Shown piece after piece: positions 12,319 through 25,200 of a stretch of DNA of 64,000 nucleotides. Under the pieces are notes generated by a model. The model did no database searches. It had not been told where the DNA came from and worked only from the letters and a program-made list of their open reading frames with translations. This stretch comes from Eledone cirrhosa (taxonomy: Eukaryota): contig OZ024743.1 in assembly GCA_964016885.1 (NCBI GenBank), positions 183,458,001-183,522,000 on the forward strand, written 5' to 3'. Made by a program: the position numbers and the translations under genes. Position 1 is the stretch's first letter, and each line of letters opens with the position of its first letter.

Positions 12319-14408
12319 ATGGAAAGAATGGAAGAACGAGAGAAGCAGGGTACATTACATAGAGATCAGGAGGGAAGCTAGGTGACAAATATACTTAGCT
12401 AGAAGGGAAGCAGAGGATAGAAAATTCAAGCATATTTTGCAACGTGAGGACCAGAAACAGGAGGTGTTCAAGATTGTGAGGCAGTGTGTCAGAGAGAATT
12501 GTGATGTCATTGGAGAGAAGTGTATCCGGAATGATAATGGTGAGCTTGCCCTCATAAGTGCCAAGAAAGCTACATGGAAGAGCCTAGAAAGATTACTAAA
12601 CGAGGAGAATGCATGGGAAAAAGAGACCCTACTCCAAGTGGACCCTATAGAGGGGCCAACAGTACAAGTCAGCAGCAGCGTAGTAAGTAAGGCAATCAAA
12701 GATATGAAGACAGGGAAGGCAACCGGTCCATCGGGTATAGCTGCCAAAAATGCTGAAGGCATCTGGATCGGTAGGTCACACCATAACCACACGGATTGTT
12801 AACCAGGTAATACTAGAGGGTTTCATACCAAAGGATTGGTGCAGTAGCATCATTGTCAAAGGTAAAAGTGATGCAATAGATAGAGGAAACTATAGAGGTA
12901 TAAAGCTGATGGACGAGGTCATGAAAGTAACGGAAAGAGTTATAGCACAGTTGATTAGGGACTGGATGAAACTAGATGAGATGCAATTTGGGTTTGTACC
13001 AGGAAAAGGCACCACTGATGCCCTCTTCCTTGTGAGGCAGTTACAGGAAAAGTACCTAGCTAAAAGTAAGCCGCTCTACCTGGCATTCGTCGATCTGGAA
13101 AAAGCCTTTGACAGAGTCCCTCGTGCTATAATCTGGTAGGCTCTTAGAAAATTAGGAGTAGATGAATGGCTTGTGAAAGCTGTACAAGCTATGTATAGAG
13201 GCGCAGTCAACAAAGTTAGAGTTAGCAACGACTATAGCGAGGAATTTAACATACAGGTCGGTGTCCACCAGAGCTCTGTTCTTAGCCCTCTCCTGTTCAT
13301 CATAGTTTTGCAGGCAATAACGGAGGAGTTTAAAACCGGATGCCCATGGGAACTCCTATATGCAGATGATCTCCCACTTATAGCTGAATCCATGGTTGAA
13401 CTAGAGAAGAAATTCCAAACATGGAAGCAGAGACTAGAAAGAAAGGGTCTCAAAGTCAACCTGACAAAGACTAAGGTTCTTGTAAGTAGACGAGAAAACA
13501 GAACCCAGATCCCCTCAGGGAAATGGCCTTGCTCAGTATGTAGGAACTCCATCCTCTGCCCCAAATGCAAACAATGAGTACACAAGAGATGTTGTGGGAT
13601 CTCAGGAAGTTTAACTAAGAATGTAGGCTTCATATATAGCAGCTGCGCTGGGACAACAAGCAGCAAACGACCACAGGAAACAAGCACCACCAAACTCTGG
13701 GAGGGCTCTGTAGAAACAGTAGACAGCTTCTGCTACCTAGGTGACCGAATTAGCAGCGGAGGTAGGGTTTTGGAAAGTACAATAACTAGGGTAAGAACGG
13801 GATGGAAGAAGTTCAGGGAGCTACTGCTACTGCTAGCTGCAAAAGGCTTTTCACTCAAAATGAAAGGCAGACAGTATGATGTGTGTATACGAACAACAAT
13901 GTAACATGGTAGTGAAACCTGGGCGCTGTCTGTAGAAGACTTGCACAGATTAGAAAGAAACGAAGCTTGCATGCTCCGATGGATGTGTAATAGTGATATA
14001 AGCGAATAGCAAAGCATAAACGAATTGAGAGAGAGACTGGGCATAAGAGGAATCAAATGCTGTGTGCAGGAGAGGAGGTTACGTTGGTATGGACATGTGA
14101 TGTGTATGAAGGATGACAGCTGCATAAAAAGGTGCAGAGCACTAGAAATCGATGGAAGCCGCGGAGTGGGGAGACACAAGAAGACTTGGGATGAGGTGAT
14201 AAAAGCTGACCTTTCCCAATTGCACCTTTCAAGGGCAATGACACACGACCGTGACCTGTGGCTTCACACAGTAATACAGAAGACCCGACTTACCACAGGA
14301 ACAAGCCGAAGCTGAAGCATATAGACAATATGGACACTGCCCACAACAGGACAATCCGTCTAACCCATGCTAGCATGGAAGAACGGACGTAAAATGATGA
14401 TGATGATA
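12319..14408 (+). mobile_element. 5'-truncated RTE-clade LINE (decayed RT ORF with Cys/His finger insertion)
   Basis: GKATGPSG, NYRGIKL, QFGFVPGKGTTDA, AFVDLEKAFDRV, GVHQSSVLSPLLF, LLYADDL, RLRWYGHV motifs with stops and frameshifts. 3' stem-loop CCATGCTAGCATGG and (GAT)n tail. Confidence 0.95.
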
Positions 14409-14528
14409 CACACAAACACACATATATATATTTATATGTATGTAAAAAGTAAACAGAAGTAACAACACAATCAATACAGTATGTGGAAGGCATATATTAG
14501 GTTAACGCTTGAAATAGCAGGAAGAGGG

Positions 14529-14564
14529 TCTTAACGTTTCAGACGGTAGTCCTTCATCAGAAGA
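14529..14564 (-). ncRNA. Minimal Penelope-type hammerhead motif within a short pLTR-like fragment (~14440-14578)
   Basis: Minus strand reads TCTT-CTGATGA-AGGACTACCGTCT-GAAACGTT-AAGA: 4-bp stem I, short stem II, palindromic AACGTT stem III. The fragment is bounded by (TA)n. Confidence 0.6.
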
Positions 14565-15775
14565 AAGAATGAGAAATTATATATATATATATATATATAT
14601 ATAATTGATCTAATTGTAAAGTGACAGTTGATTGTAAGTCAAGTTTTTCTCAATGTATATCTGTTGTTTGTAGAGTGTAATACTAACTGTTAATCATGTC
14701 AATATTCATGAGTTCCCAACTTTTGGCACCATTATCTAATGGCTACAACAAATAATTGTTCTAACTGTAAAGCCACCATCTTGTACCACATCAAACAGCA
14801 TTAGCAAGGCAGTCTTGAAAAGTATTAAACAGCACTATGACTGTGTCACATTAAAGTCTTTACAACTACAAAATATTGCAACATTTTTACAATGATCTTT
14901 CCACTAATAAAGGCATTAATTAACAAAACCCTATTTAAATATTTCAGTTAAATTATTATAGGATGTTAAGTGTTAAAGGGCTGGTCCTTTTACAACACTA
15001 TTTCATTAATCAATTTAAACGTCCCTGACAGACTACGGGAAGTATCTAGTACTTCTTACAGTTGAGAAACAAAAATCAGATATACAAAGATAAATTAATA
15101 TAAAAACAAAACAAAAATTCAATAGGGAAGGCCAAGGTGGGGGGAATAAGCATTAAAAAAAAAGATAAAGAAAAAACAGTAAGCAAGGGGAAGCTATGTA
15201 ATATTTTCTTCAACTGTTTTTATTCCTTCCTGACCACATTTCTAATGAAATACTCTCTATTTTAATTAATCAATGAAGAATTTTGAGGGATTTACTAAAA
15301 TTATTAATTATTTCATTATACTAAGATAACTTAACATATGGTTCTTATATAAAATTTATGTTGTGAAATTTTAATTAATATATAGATGCTTTAAATGGTT
15401 TTGTTTCACAGAAGTAGAGCTGATTTTGGTCAGGTTGGTATTAAAAGGGTTAACAATAAACCCTATATGGAAATTCCAATTAATTACCATTTTTTTTGTA
15501 TACATAACTCAGTTCTTCACTGCAACTCATTTGAGTTACTACCCCTAACTTATTTTATTTAATTATGTAAATCATACTGGCCAGAAATGATTCCTAAAAA
15601 TCTTTGTCAATTGTTAAAGTTAAAGCAGACTTGAGTGGACTGTACTATGCTGATAAGATCTAATAGACAGAAACACAGTCTCAAAATATCCTATCTAACC
15701 CATGGCAGCTTGGAAACGTGGATATGATAATGATGATAATGTGTAATGCAATAAACACAGAGTTCTCTATTTCAG

Positions 15776-15885
15776 GGCCAAGTCTTCCGAAAACGTGCCG
15801 ATATCTCCACCCCAGACAAGGATGGGAATCAACAGAAACAAAAAGGATTTTGGAAAGGTTCTACAAATACAAACACTGGCGTAGA
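15776..15885 (+). CDS. Glu-rich protein gene, exon
   Basis: TTCTCTATTTCAG acceptor, GQVFRKRADISTPDK...TNTGV, GTAAGT donor. Phase 0 to 2. Confidence 0.7.
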
Positions 15886-16176
15886 GTAAGTTTTTCATAT
15901 TTTGGAAGAATAATGGACTAAGTTTCTAGCAGTAGTTATTGTGTCTTTTTATCTTCTGACTTTAAACCTGCCTCCTCCCCCCATTTTCATCTCATGTTGA
16001 TAAAATATGTACCAATTAAGTCCCATGACCAAATTAATCACCTCACCCACTAAATTTGTATGTCCTTGTGCTTATGTTAAACCAATAAAAAAATAACGAA
16101 GAGATCATCTCACTATTTGGCAGAATTAATATTTTAGGATGTTAGAAAACTAATGGAAGAATTTTTTACATTTCAG

Positions 16177-16246
16177 CAAAAATAAAAATGAAAATATTGA
16201 AGATGATTTTGGATTAATACCAAGAGAATCAGAAATTTTAAAATCG
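16177..16246 (+). CDS. Glu-rich protein gene, exon
   Basis: TTTACATTTCAG acceptor, (D)KNKNENIEDDFGLIPRESEILKS, GTATTT donor. Phase 2 to 0. Confidence 0.65.
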
Positions 16247-19200
16247 GTATTTATTATTATTATTTTTTAATTAGAAGGTTTTTTTAATGTTTTGTTTTGT
16301 TCTTTATCACACTCTGAGATGGAATTCTTTATCACAAGAATTTCATTACCAATGGCATAATCTATTAAAGAACTGTAAAAACTATAAACCTAACAAAGTG
16401 ACAACTTTAATAGTGTAATCCTTACAGAATGACAACTTTAATGGTGAAAACCTTACAGAGTGACAACTTCAATGGTGTAAACCTTAGGAAATGACAACTT
16501 CAATGGTGAAAACCTTACTGAATGACAACTTCAATGGTGTAAACCTTACAGAGTGACAAATTTAATGGTGTAAACCTTACAGAGTGACAACTTCAATGGT
16601 GTAAACCTTACAGAATGACAACTTCAATGGTGTAAACCTTAGGAAGTGACAACTTTAATGGTGTAAACCTTAGGAAGTGACAACTTTAAGGGTGTAAACC
16701 TTACAGAGTGACAACTTCAATGGTGAAAACCTTACAGAATGACAAGTTCAATGGTGAAAACCTTACAGAATGACAACTTCAATGGTGAAAACCTTACAGA
16801 GTGACAACTTCAATGGTGTAAACCTTACAGAATGACAACTTCAATGGTGTAAACCTTACAGAGTGACAACTTCAATGGTGTAAACCTTAGGAAGTGACAA
16901 CTTTAATGGTGTAAACCTTACAGAATAACAACTTCAATGGTGAAAACCTTACAGAGTGACAACTTCAATGGTGTAAACCTTACAGAGTGACAACTTCAAT
17001 GGTGAAAACCTTACAAAGTGACAACTTCAATGGTGAAAACCTTACAGAATGACAACTTCAATTGTGTAAACCTTACAGAATGACAACTTCAATGGTGTAA
17101 ACCTTACAGAATGACAACTTCAATGGTGAAAACCTTACAGAATGACAACTTCAATGGTGTAAACCTTACAGAATGACAACTTCAATTGTGTAAACCTTAC
17201 AGAATGACAACTTCAATGGTGTAAACCTTACAGAATGACAACTTCAATGGTGTAAACCTTACAGAATGACAACTTCAATGGTGAAAACCTTACAGAATGA
17301 CAACTTCAATGGTGTAAACCTTACAGAATGACAACTTCAATTGTGTAAACCTTACAGAATGACAACTTCAATGGTGTAAACCTTACAGAATGACAACTTC
17401 AATGGTGAAAACCTTACAGAATGACAACTTCAATGGTGAAAACCTTACAGAATGACAACTTCAATGGTGTAAACCTTACAGAATGACAACTTCAATTGTG
17501 TAAACCTTACAGAATGACAACTTCAATGGTGTAAACCTTACAGAATGACAACTTCAATGGTGAAAACCTTACAGAATGACAACTTCAATGGTGAAAACCT
17601 TACAGAATGACAACTTCAATGGTGTAAACCTTACAGAATGACAACTTCAATTGTGTAAACCTTACAGAATGACAACTTCAATGGTGTAAACCTTACAGAA
17701 TGACAACTTCAATGGTGTAAACCTTACAGAATGACAACTTCAATGGTGAAAACCTTACAGAATGACAACTTCAATGGTGTAAACCTTACAGAATGACAAC
17801 TTCAATTGTGTAAACCTTACAGAATGACAACTTCAATGGTGAAAACCTTACAGAATGACAACTTCAATGGTGAAAACCTTACAGAATGACAACTTCAATG
17901 GTGTAAACCTTACAGAATGACAACTTCAATTGTGTAAACCTTACAGAATGACAACTTCAATGGTGTAAACCTTACAGAATGACAACTTCAATGGTGAAAA
18001 CCTTACAGAATGACAACTTCAATGGTGAAAACCTTACAGAATGACAACTTCAATGGTGTAAACCTTACAGAATGACAACTTCAATTGTGTAAACCTTACA
18101 GAATGACAACTTCAATGGTATAAACCTTACAGAGTGACAACTTCAATGGTGTAAACCTTACAGAGTGACAACTTCAATGGTGTAAACCTTACAGAATGAC
18201 AACTTCAATGGTGAAAACCTTACAGAGTTACAACTTCAATGGTGAAAACCTTACAGAATGACAACTTCAATGGTGAAAACCTTACAGAATGACAACTTCA
18301 ATGGTGTAAACCTTACAGAATGACAACTTCAATGGTGTAAACCTTACAGAATGACAACTTCAATGGAGTAAACCTTACAGAATGACAACTTCAATGGTGA
18401 AAACCTTACAGAATGACAACTTCAATGGTGAAAACCTTACAGAGTGACAACTTCAATGGTGTAAACCTTACAGAATGACAACTTCAATGGTGTAAACCTT
18501 ACAGAATGACAACTTCAATGGTGTAAACCTTACAGAGTGACAACTTCAATGGTGAAAACCTTACAGAATGACAACTTCAATGGTGTAAACCTTACATAAT
18601 GACAACTTCAATGGTGAAAACCTTACAGAGTGCCAACTTCAATGGTATAAACCTTACAGAGTGACAACTTCAATGGTGTAAACCTTACAGAATGACAACT
18701 TCAATGGTGTAAACCTTACAGAATGACAACTTCAATGGTATAAACCTTACAGAGTGACAACTTCAATGGTATAAATCTTACAGAGTGACAACTTCAATGG
18801 TGTAAACCTTACAGAATGACAACTTCAATGGTGAAAACCTTACAGAGTTACAACTTCAATGGTGAAAACCTTACAGAATGACAACTTCAATGGTGAAAAC
18901 CTTACAGAATGACAACTTCAATGGTGTAAACCTTACAGAATGACAACTTCAATGGTGTAAACCTTACAGAATGACAACTTCAATGGTGTAAACCTTACAG
19001 AATGACAACTTCAATGGTGAAAACCTTACAGAGTGACAACTTCAATGGTATAAACCTTACAGAATGACAACTTCAATGGTGTAAACCTTACAGAATGACA
19101 ACTTCAATGGTGTAAACCTTACAGAATGACAACTTCAATGGTGTAAACCTTACAGAATGACAACTTCAATGGTGAAAACCTTACAGAATGACAACTTCAA

Positions 19201-22200
19201 TGGTGAAAACCTTACAGAATGACAACTTCAATGGTGTAAACCTTACAGAGTGACAACTTCAATGGTATAAACCTTACAGAGTGACAACTTCAATGGTGTA
19301 AACCTTACAGAGTGACAACTTCAGTGGTGTAAACCTTACAGAATGACAACTTCAATGGTATAAACCTTACAGAGTGACAACTTCAATGGTATAAACCTTA
19401 CAGAGTGACAACTTCAATGGTGTAAACCTTACAGAATGACAACTTCAATGGTATAAACCTTACAGAATGACAACTTCAATGGTATAAACCTTACAGAATG
19501 ACAACTTCAATGGTGTAAACCTTACAGAGTGACAACTTCAATGGTATAAACCTTACAGAATGACAACTTCAATGGTGTAAACCTTACAGAGTGACAACTT
19601 CAATGGTATAAACCTTACAGAGTGACAACTTCAATGGTATAAACCTTACAGAGTGACAACTTCAATGGTGTAAACCTTACAGAATGACAACTTCAATGGT
19701 ATAAACCTTACAGAATGACAACTTCAATGGTATAAACCTTACAGAGTGACAACTTCAATGGTGTAAACCTTACAGAATGACAACTTCAATGGTATAAACC
19801 TTACAGAATGACAACTTCAATGGTATAAACCTTACAGAGTGACAACTTCAATGGTGTAAACCTTACAGAATGACAACTTCAATGGTATAAACCTTACAGA
19901 ATGACAACTTCAATGGTGTAAACCTTACAGAGTGACAACTTCAATGGTATAAACCTTACAGAGTGACAACTTCAATGGTATAAACCTTACAGAGTGACAA
20001 CTTCAATGGTGTAAACCTTACAGAATGACAACTTCAATGGTGTAAACCTTACAGAATGACAACTTCAATGGTATAAACCTTACAGAGTGACAACTTCAAT
20101 GGTGTAAACCTTACAGAATGACAACTTCAATGGTGTAAACCTTACAGAATGACAACTTCAATGGTATAAACCTTACAGAGTGACAACTTCAATGGTGTAA
20201 ACCTTACAGAATGACAACTTCAATGGTGAAAACCTTACAGAATGACAACTTCAATGGTGTAAACCTTACAGAATGACAACTTCAATGGTGTAAACCTTAC
20301 AGAATGACAACTTCAATGGTGTAAACCTTACAGAATGACAACTTCAATGGTATAAACCTTACAGAGTGACAACTTCAATGGTATAAACCTTACAGAGTGA
20401 CAACTTCAATGGTGTAAACCTTACAGAATGACAACTTCAATGGTGTAAACCTTACAGAATGACAACTTCAATGGTGTAAACCTTACAGAGTTACAACTTC
20501 AATGGTGTAAACCTTACAGAATGACAACTTCAATGGTGTAAACCTTACAGAATGACAACTTCAATGGTGTAAACCTTACAGAATGACAACTTCAATGGTG
20601 TAAACCTTACAGAGTGACAACTTCAATGGTGTAAACCTTACAGAGTGACAACTTCAACGGTGAAAACCTTACAGAATGACAACTTCAATGGTGTAAACCT
20701 TACAGAATGACAACTTTAATGGTGTAAACCTTACAGAATGACAACTTCAATGGTGTAAACCTTACAGAGTGACAACTTCAATGGTGTAAACCTTACAGAG
20801 TGACAACTTCAATGGTGTAAACCTTACAGAATGACAACTTCAATTGTGTAAACCTTACAGAATGACAACTTCAATGGTGTAAACCTTACAGAATGACAAC
20901 TTCAATGGTGTAAACCTTACAGAATGACAACTTCAATGGTGTAAACCTTACAGAGTGACAACTTCAATGGTGTAAACCTTACAGAATGACAACTTCAATG
21001 GTGTAAACCTTACAGAGTGACAACTTTAATGGTGAAAACCTTACAGAATGACAACTTCAATGGTGTAAACCTTACAGAATGACAACTTCAATGGTGTAAA
21101 AGTTACAGAATGACAACTTTAATGGTGTAAACCTTAGGAAGTGACAACTTCAATGGTGTAAACCTTACAGAGTGACAACTTCAATGGTGTAAACCTTACA
21201 GAGTGACAACTTCAATGGTGTAAACCTTACAGAATGACAACTTCAATGGTGAAAACCTTACAGAATGACAACTTCAATGGTGAAAACCTTACAGAGTGAC
21301 AACTTCAATGGTTAAAACGTTACAGAATGACAACTTCAATGGTGAAAACCTTACAGAGTGACAACTTCAATGGTGTAAACCTTAGGAAGTGACAACTTTA
21401 ATGGTGTAAACCTTACAGAATAACAACTTCAATGGTGAAAACCTTACAGAGTGACAACTCCAATGGTATAAATCTTACAGAGTGACAACTTCAATGGTGT
21501 AAACCTTACAGAATGACAACTTCAATGGTGTAAACCTTACAGAATGACAACTTCAATGGTGTAAACCTTACAGAATGACAACTTCAATGGTGTAAACCTT
21601 ACAGAGTGACAACTTCAATGGTGTAAACCTTACAGAATGACAACTTCAATGGTGTAAACCTTACAGAATGACAACTTCAATGGTATAAACCTTACAGAGT
21701 GACAACTTCAATGGTATAAATCTTACAGAGTGACAACTTCAATGGTGTAAACCTTACAGAATGACAACTTCAATGGTGAAAACCTTACAGAGTTACAACT
21801 TCAATGGTGAAAACCTTACAGAATGACAACTTCAATGGTGAAAACCTTACAGAATGACAACTTCAATGGTGTAAACCTTACAGAATGACAACTTCAATGG
21901 TGTAAACCTTACAGAATGACAACTTCAATGGTGTAAACCTTACAGAATGACAACTTCAATGGTGAAAACCTTACAGAGTGACAACTTCAATGGTATAAAC
22001 CTTACAGAGTGACAACTTCAATGGTGTAAACCTTACAGAGTGACAACTTCAGTGGTGTAAACCTTACAGAATGACAACTTCAATGGTATAAACCTTACAG
22101 AGTGACAACTTCAATGGTATAAACCTTACAGAGTGACAACTTCAATGGTGTAAACCTTACAGAATGACAACTTCAATGGTATAAACCTTACAGAATGACA

Positions 22201-25200
22201 ACTTCAATGGTATAAACCTTACAGAGTGACAACTTCAATGGTGTAAACCTTACAGAATGACAACTTCAATGGTATAAACCTTACAGAATGACAACTTCAA
22301 TGGTGTAAACCTTACAGAGTGACAACTTCAATGGTATAAACCTTACAGAGTGACAACTTCAATGGTATAAACCTTACAGAGTGACAACTTCAATGGTGTA
22401 AACCTTACAGAATGACAACTTCAATGGTATAAACCTTACAGAATGACAACTTCAATGGTATAAACCTTACAGAGTGACAACTTCAATGGTGTAAACCTTA
22501 CAGAATGACAACTTCAATGGTATAAACCTTACAGAATGACAACTTCAATGGTATAAACCTTACAGAGTGACAACTTCAATGGTGTAAACCTTACAGAATG
22601 ACAACTTCAATGGTATAAACCTTACAGAATGACAACTTCAATGGTGTAAACCTTACAGAGTGACAACTTCAATGGTATAAACCTTACAGAGTGACAACTT
22701 CAATGGTATAAACCTTACAGAGTGACAACTTCAATGGTGTAAACCTTACAGAATGACAACTTCAATGGTGTAAACCTTACAGAATGACAACTTCAATGGT
22801 ATAAACCTTACAGAGTGACAACTTCAATGGTGTAAACCTTACAGAATGACAACTTCAATGGTGTAAACCTTACAGAATGACAACTTCAATGGTATAAACC
22901 TTACAGAGTGACAACTTCAATGGTGTAAACCTTACAGAATGACAACTTCAATGGTGAAAACCTTACAGAATGACAACTTCAATGGTGTAAACCTTACAGA
23001 ATGACAACTTCAATGGTGTAAACCTTACAGAATGACAACTTCAATGGTGTAAACCTTACAGAATGACAACTTCAATGGTATAAACCTTACAGAGTGACAA
23101 CTTCAATGGTATAAACCTTACAGAGTGACAACTTCAATGGTGTAAACCTTACAGAATGACAACTTCAATGGTGTAAACCTTACAGAATGACAACTTCAAT
23201 GGTGTAAACCTTACAGAATGACAACTTCAATGGTGAAAACCTTACAGAATGACAACTTCAATGGTGTAAACCTTACAGAATGACAACTTCAATTGTGTAA
23301 ACCTTACAGAATGACAACTTCAATGGTGTAAACCTTACAGAATGACAACTTCAATGGTATAAACCTTACAGAGTGACAACTTCAATGGTGTAAACCTTAC
23401 AGAATGACAACTTCAATGGTGAAAACCTTACAGAATGACAACTTCAATGGTGTAAACCTTACAGAATGACAACTTCAATGGTGTAAACCTTACAGAATGA
23501 CAACTTCAATGGTGTAAACCTTACAGAATGACAACTTCAATGGTATAAACCTTACAGAGTGACAACTTCAATGGTATAAACCTTACAGAGTGACAACTTC
23601 AATGGTGTAAACCTTACAGAATGACAACTTCAATGGTGTAAACCTTACAGAATGACAACTTCAATGGTGAAAACCTTACAGAATGACAACTTCAATGGTG
23701 AAAACCTTACAGAATGACAACTTCAATGGTGTAAACCTTACAGAATGACAACTTCAATTGTGTAAACCTTACAGAATGACAACTTCAATGGTGTAAACCT
23801 TACAGAATGACAACTTCAATGGTGAAAACCTTACAGAATGACAACTTCAATGGTGAAAACCTTACAGAATGACAACTTCAATGGTGTAAACCTTACAGAA
23901 TGACAACTTCAATTGTGTAAACCTTACAGAATGACAACTTCAATGGTGTAAACCTTACAGAATGACAACTTCAATGGTGTAAACCTTACAGAATGACAAC
24001 TTCAATGGTGAAAACCTTACAGAATGACAACTTCAATGGTGTAAACCTTACAGAATGACAACTTCAATTGTGTAAACCTTACAGAATGACAACTTCAATG
24101 GTGAAAACCTTACAGAATGACAACTTCAATGGTGAAAACCTTACAGAATGACAACTTCAATGGTGTAAACCTTACAGAATGACAACTTCAATTGTGTAAA
24201 CCTTACAGAATGACAACTTCAATGGTGTAAACCTTACAGAATGACAACTTCAATGGTGTAAACCTTACAGAATGACAACTTCAATGGTGAAAACCTTACA
24301 GAATGACAACTTCAATGGTGTAAACCTTACAGAATGACAACTTCAATTGTGTAAACCTTACAGAATGACAACTTCAATGGTGTAAACCTTACAGAATGAC
24401 AACTTCAATGGTGAAAACCTTACAGAATGACAACTTCAATGGTGAAAACCTTACAGAATGACAACTTCAATGGTGTAAACCTTACAGAATGACAACTTCA
24501 ATTGTGTAAACCTTACAGAATGACAACTTCAATGGTATAAACCTTACAGAGTGACAACTTCAATGGTGTAAACCTTACAGAGTGACAACTTCAATGGTGT
24601 AAACCTTACAGAATGACAACTTCAATGGTGAAAACCTTACAGAGTTACAACTTCAATGGTGAAAACCTTACAGAATGACAACTTCAATGGTGAAAACCTT
24701 ACAGAATGACAACTTCAATGGTGTAAACCTTACAGAATGACAACTTCAATGGTGTAAACCTTACAGAATGACAACTTCAATGGAGTAAACCTTACAGAAT
24801 GACAACTTCAATGGTGAAAACCTTACAGAATGACAACTTCAATGGTGAAAACCTTACAGAGTGACAACTTCAATGGTGTAAACCTTACAGAATGACAACT
24901 TCAATGGTGTAAACCTTACAGAATGACAACTTCAATGGTGTAAACCTTACAGAGTGACAACTTCAATGGTGAAAACCTTACAGAATGACAACTTCAATGG
25001 TGTAAACCTTACATAATGACAACTTCAATGGTGAAAACCTTACAGAGTGCCAACTTCAATGGTATAAACCTTACAGAGTGACAACTTCAATGGTGTAAAC
25101 CTTACAGAATGACAACTTCAATGGTGTAAACCTTACAGAATGACAACTTCAATGGTATAAACCTTACAGAGTGACAACTTCAATGGTATAAATCTTACAG

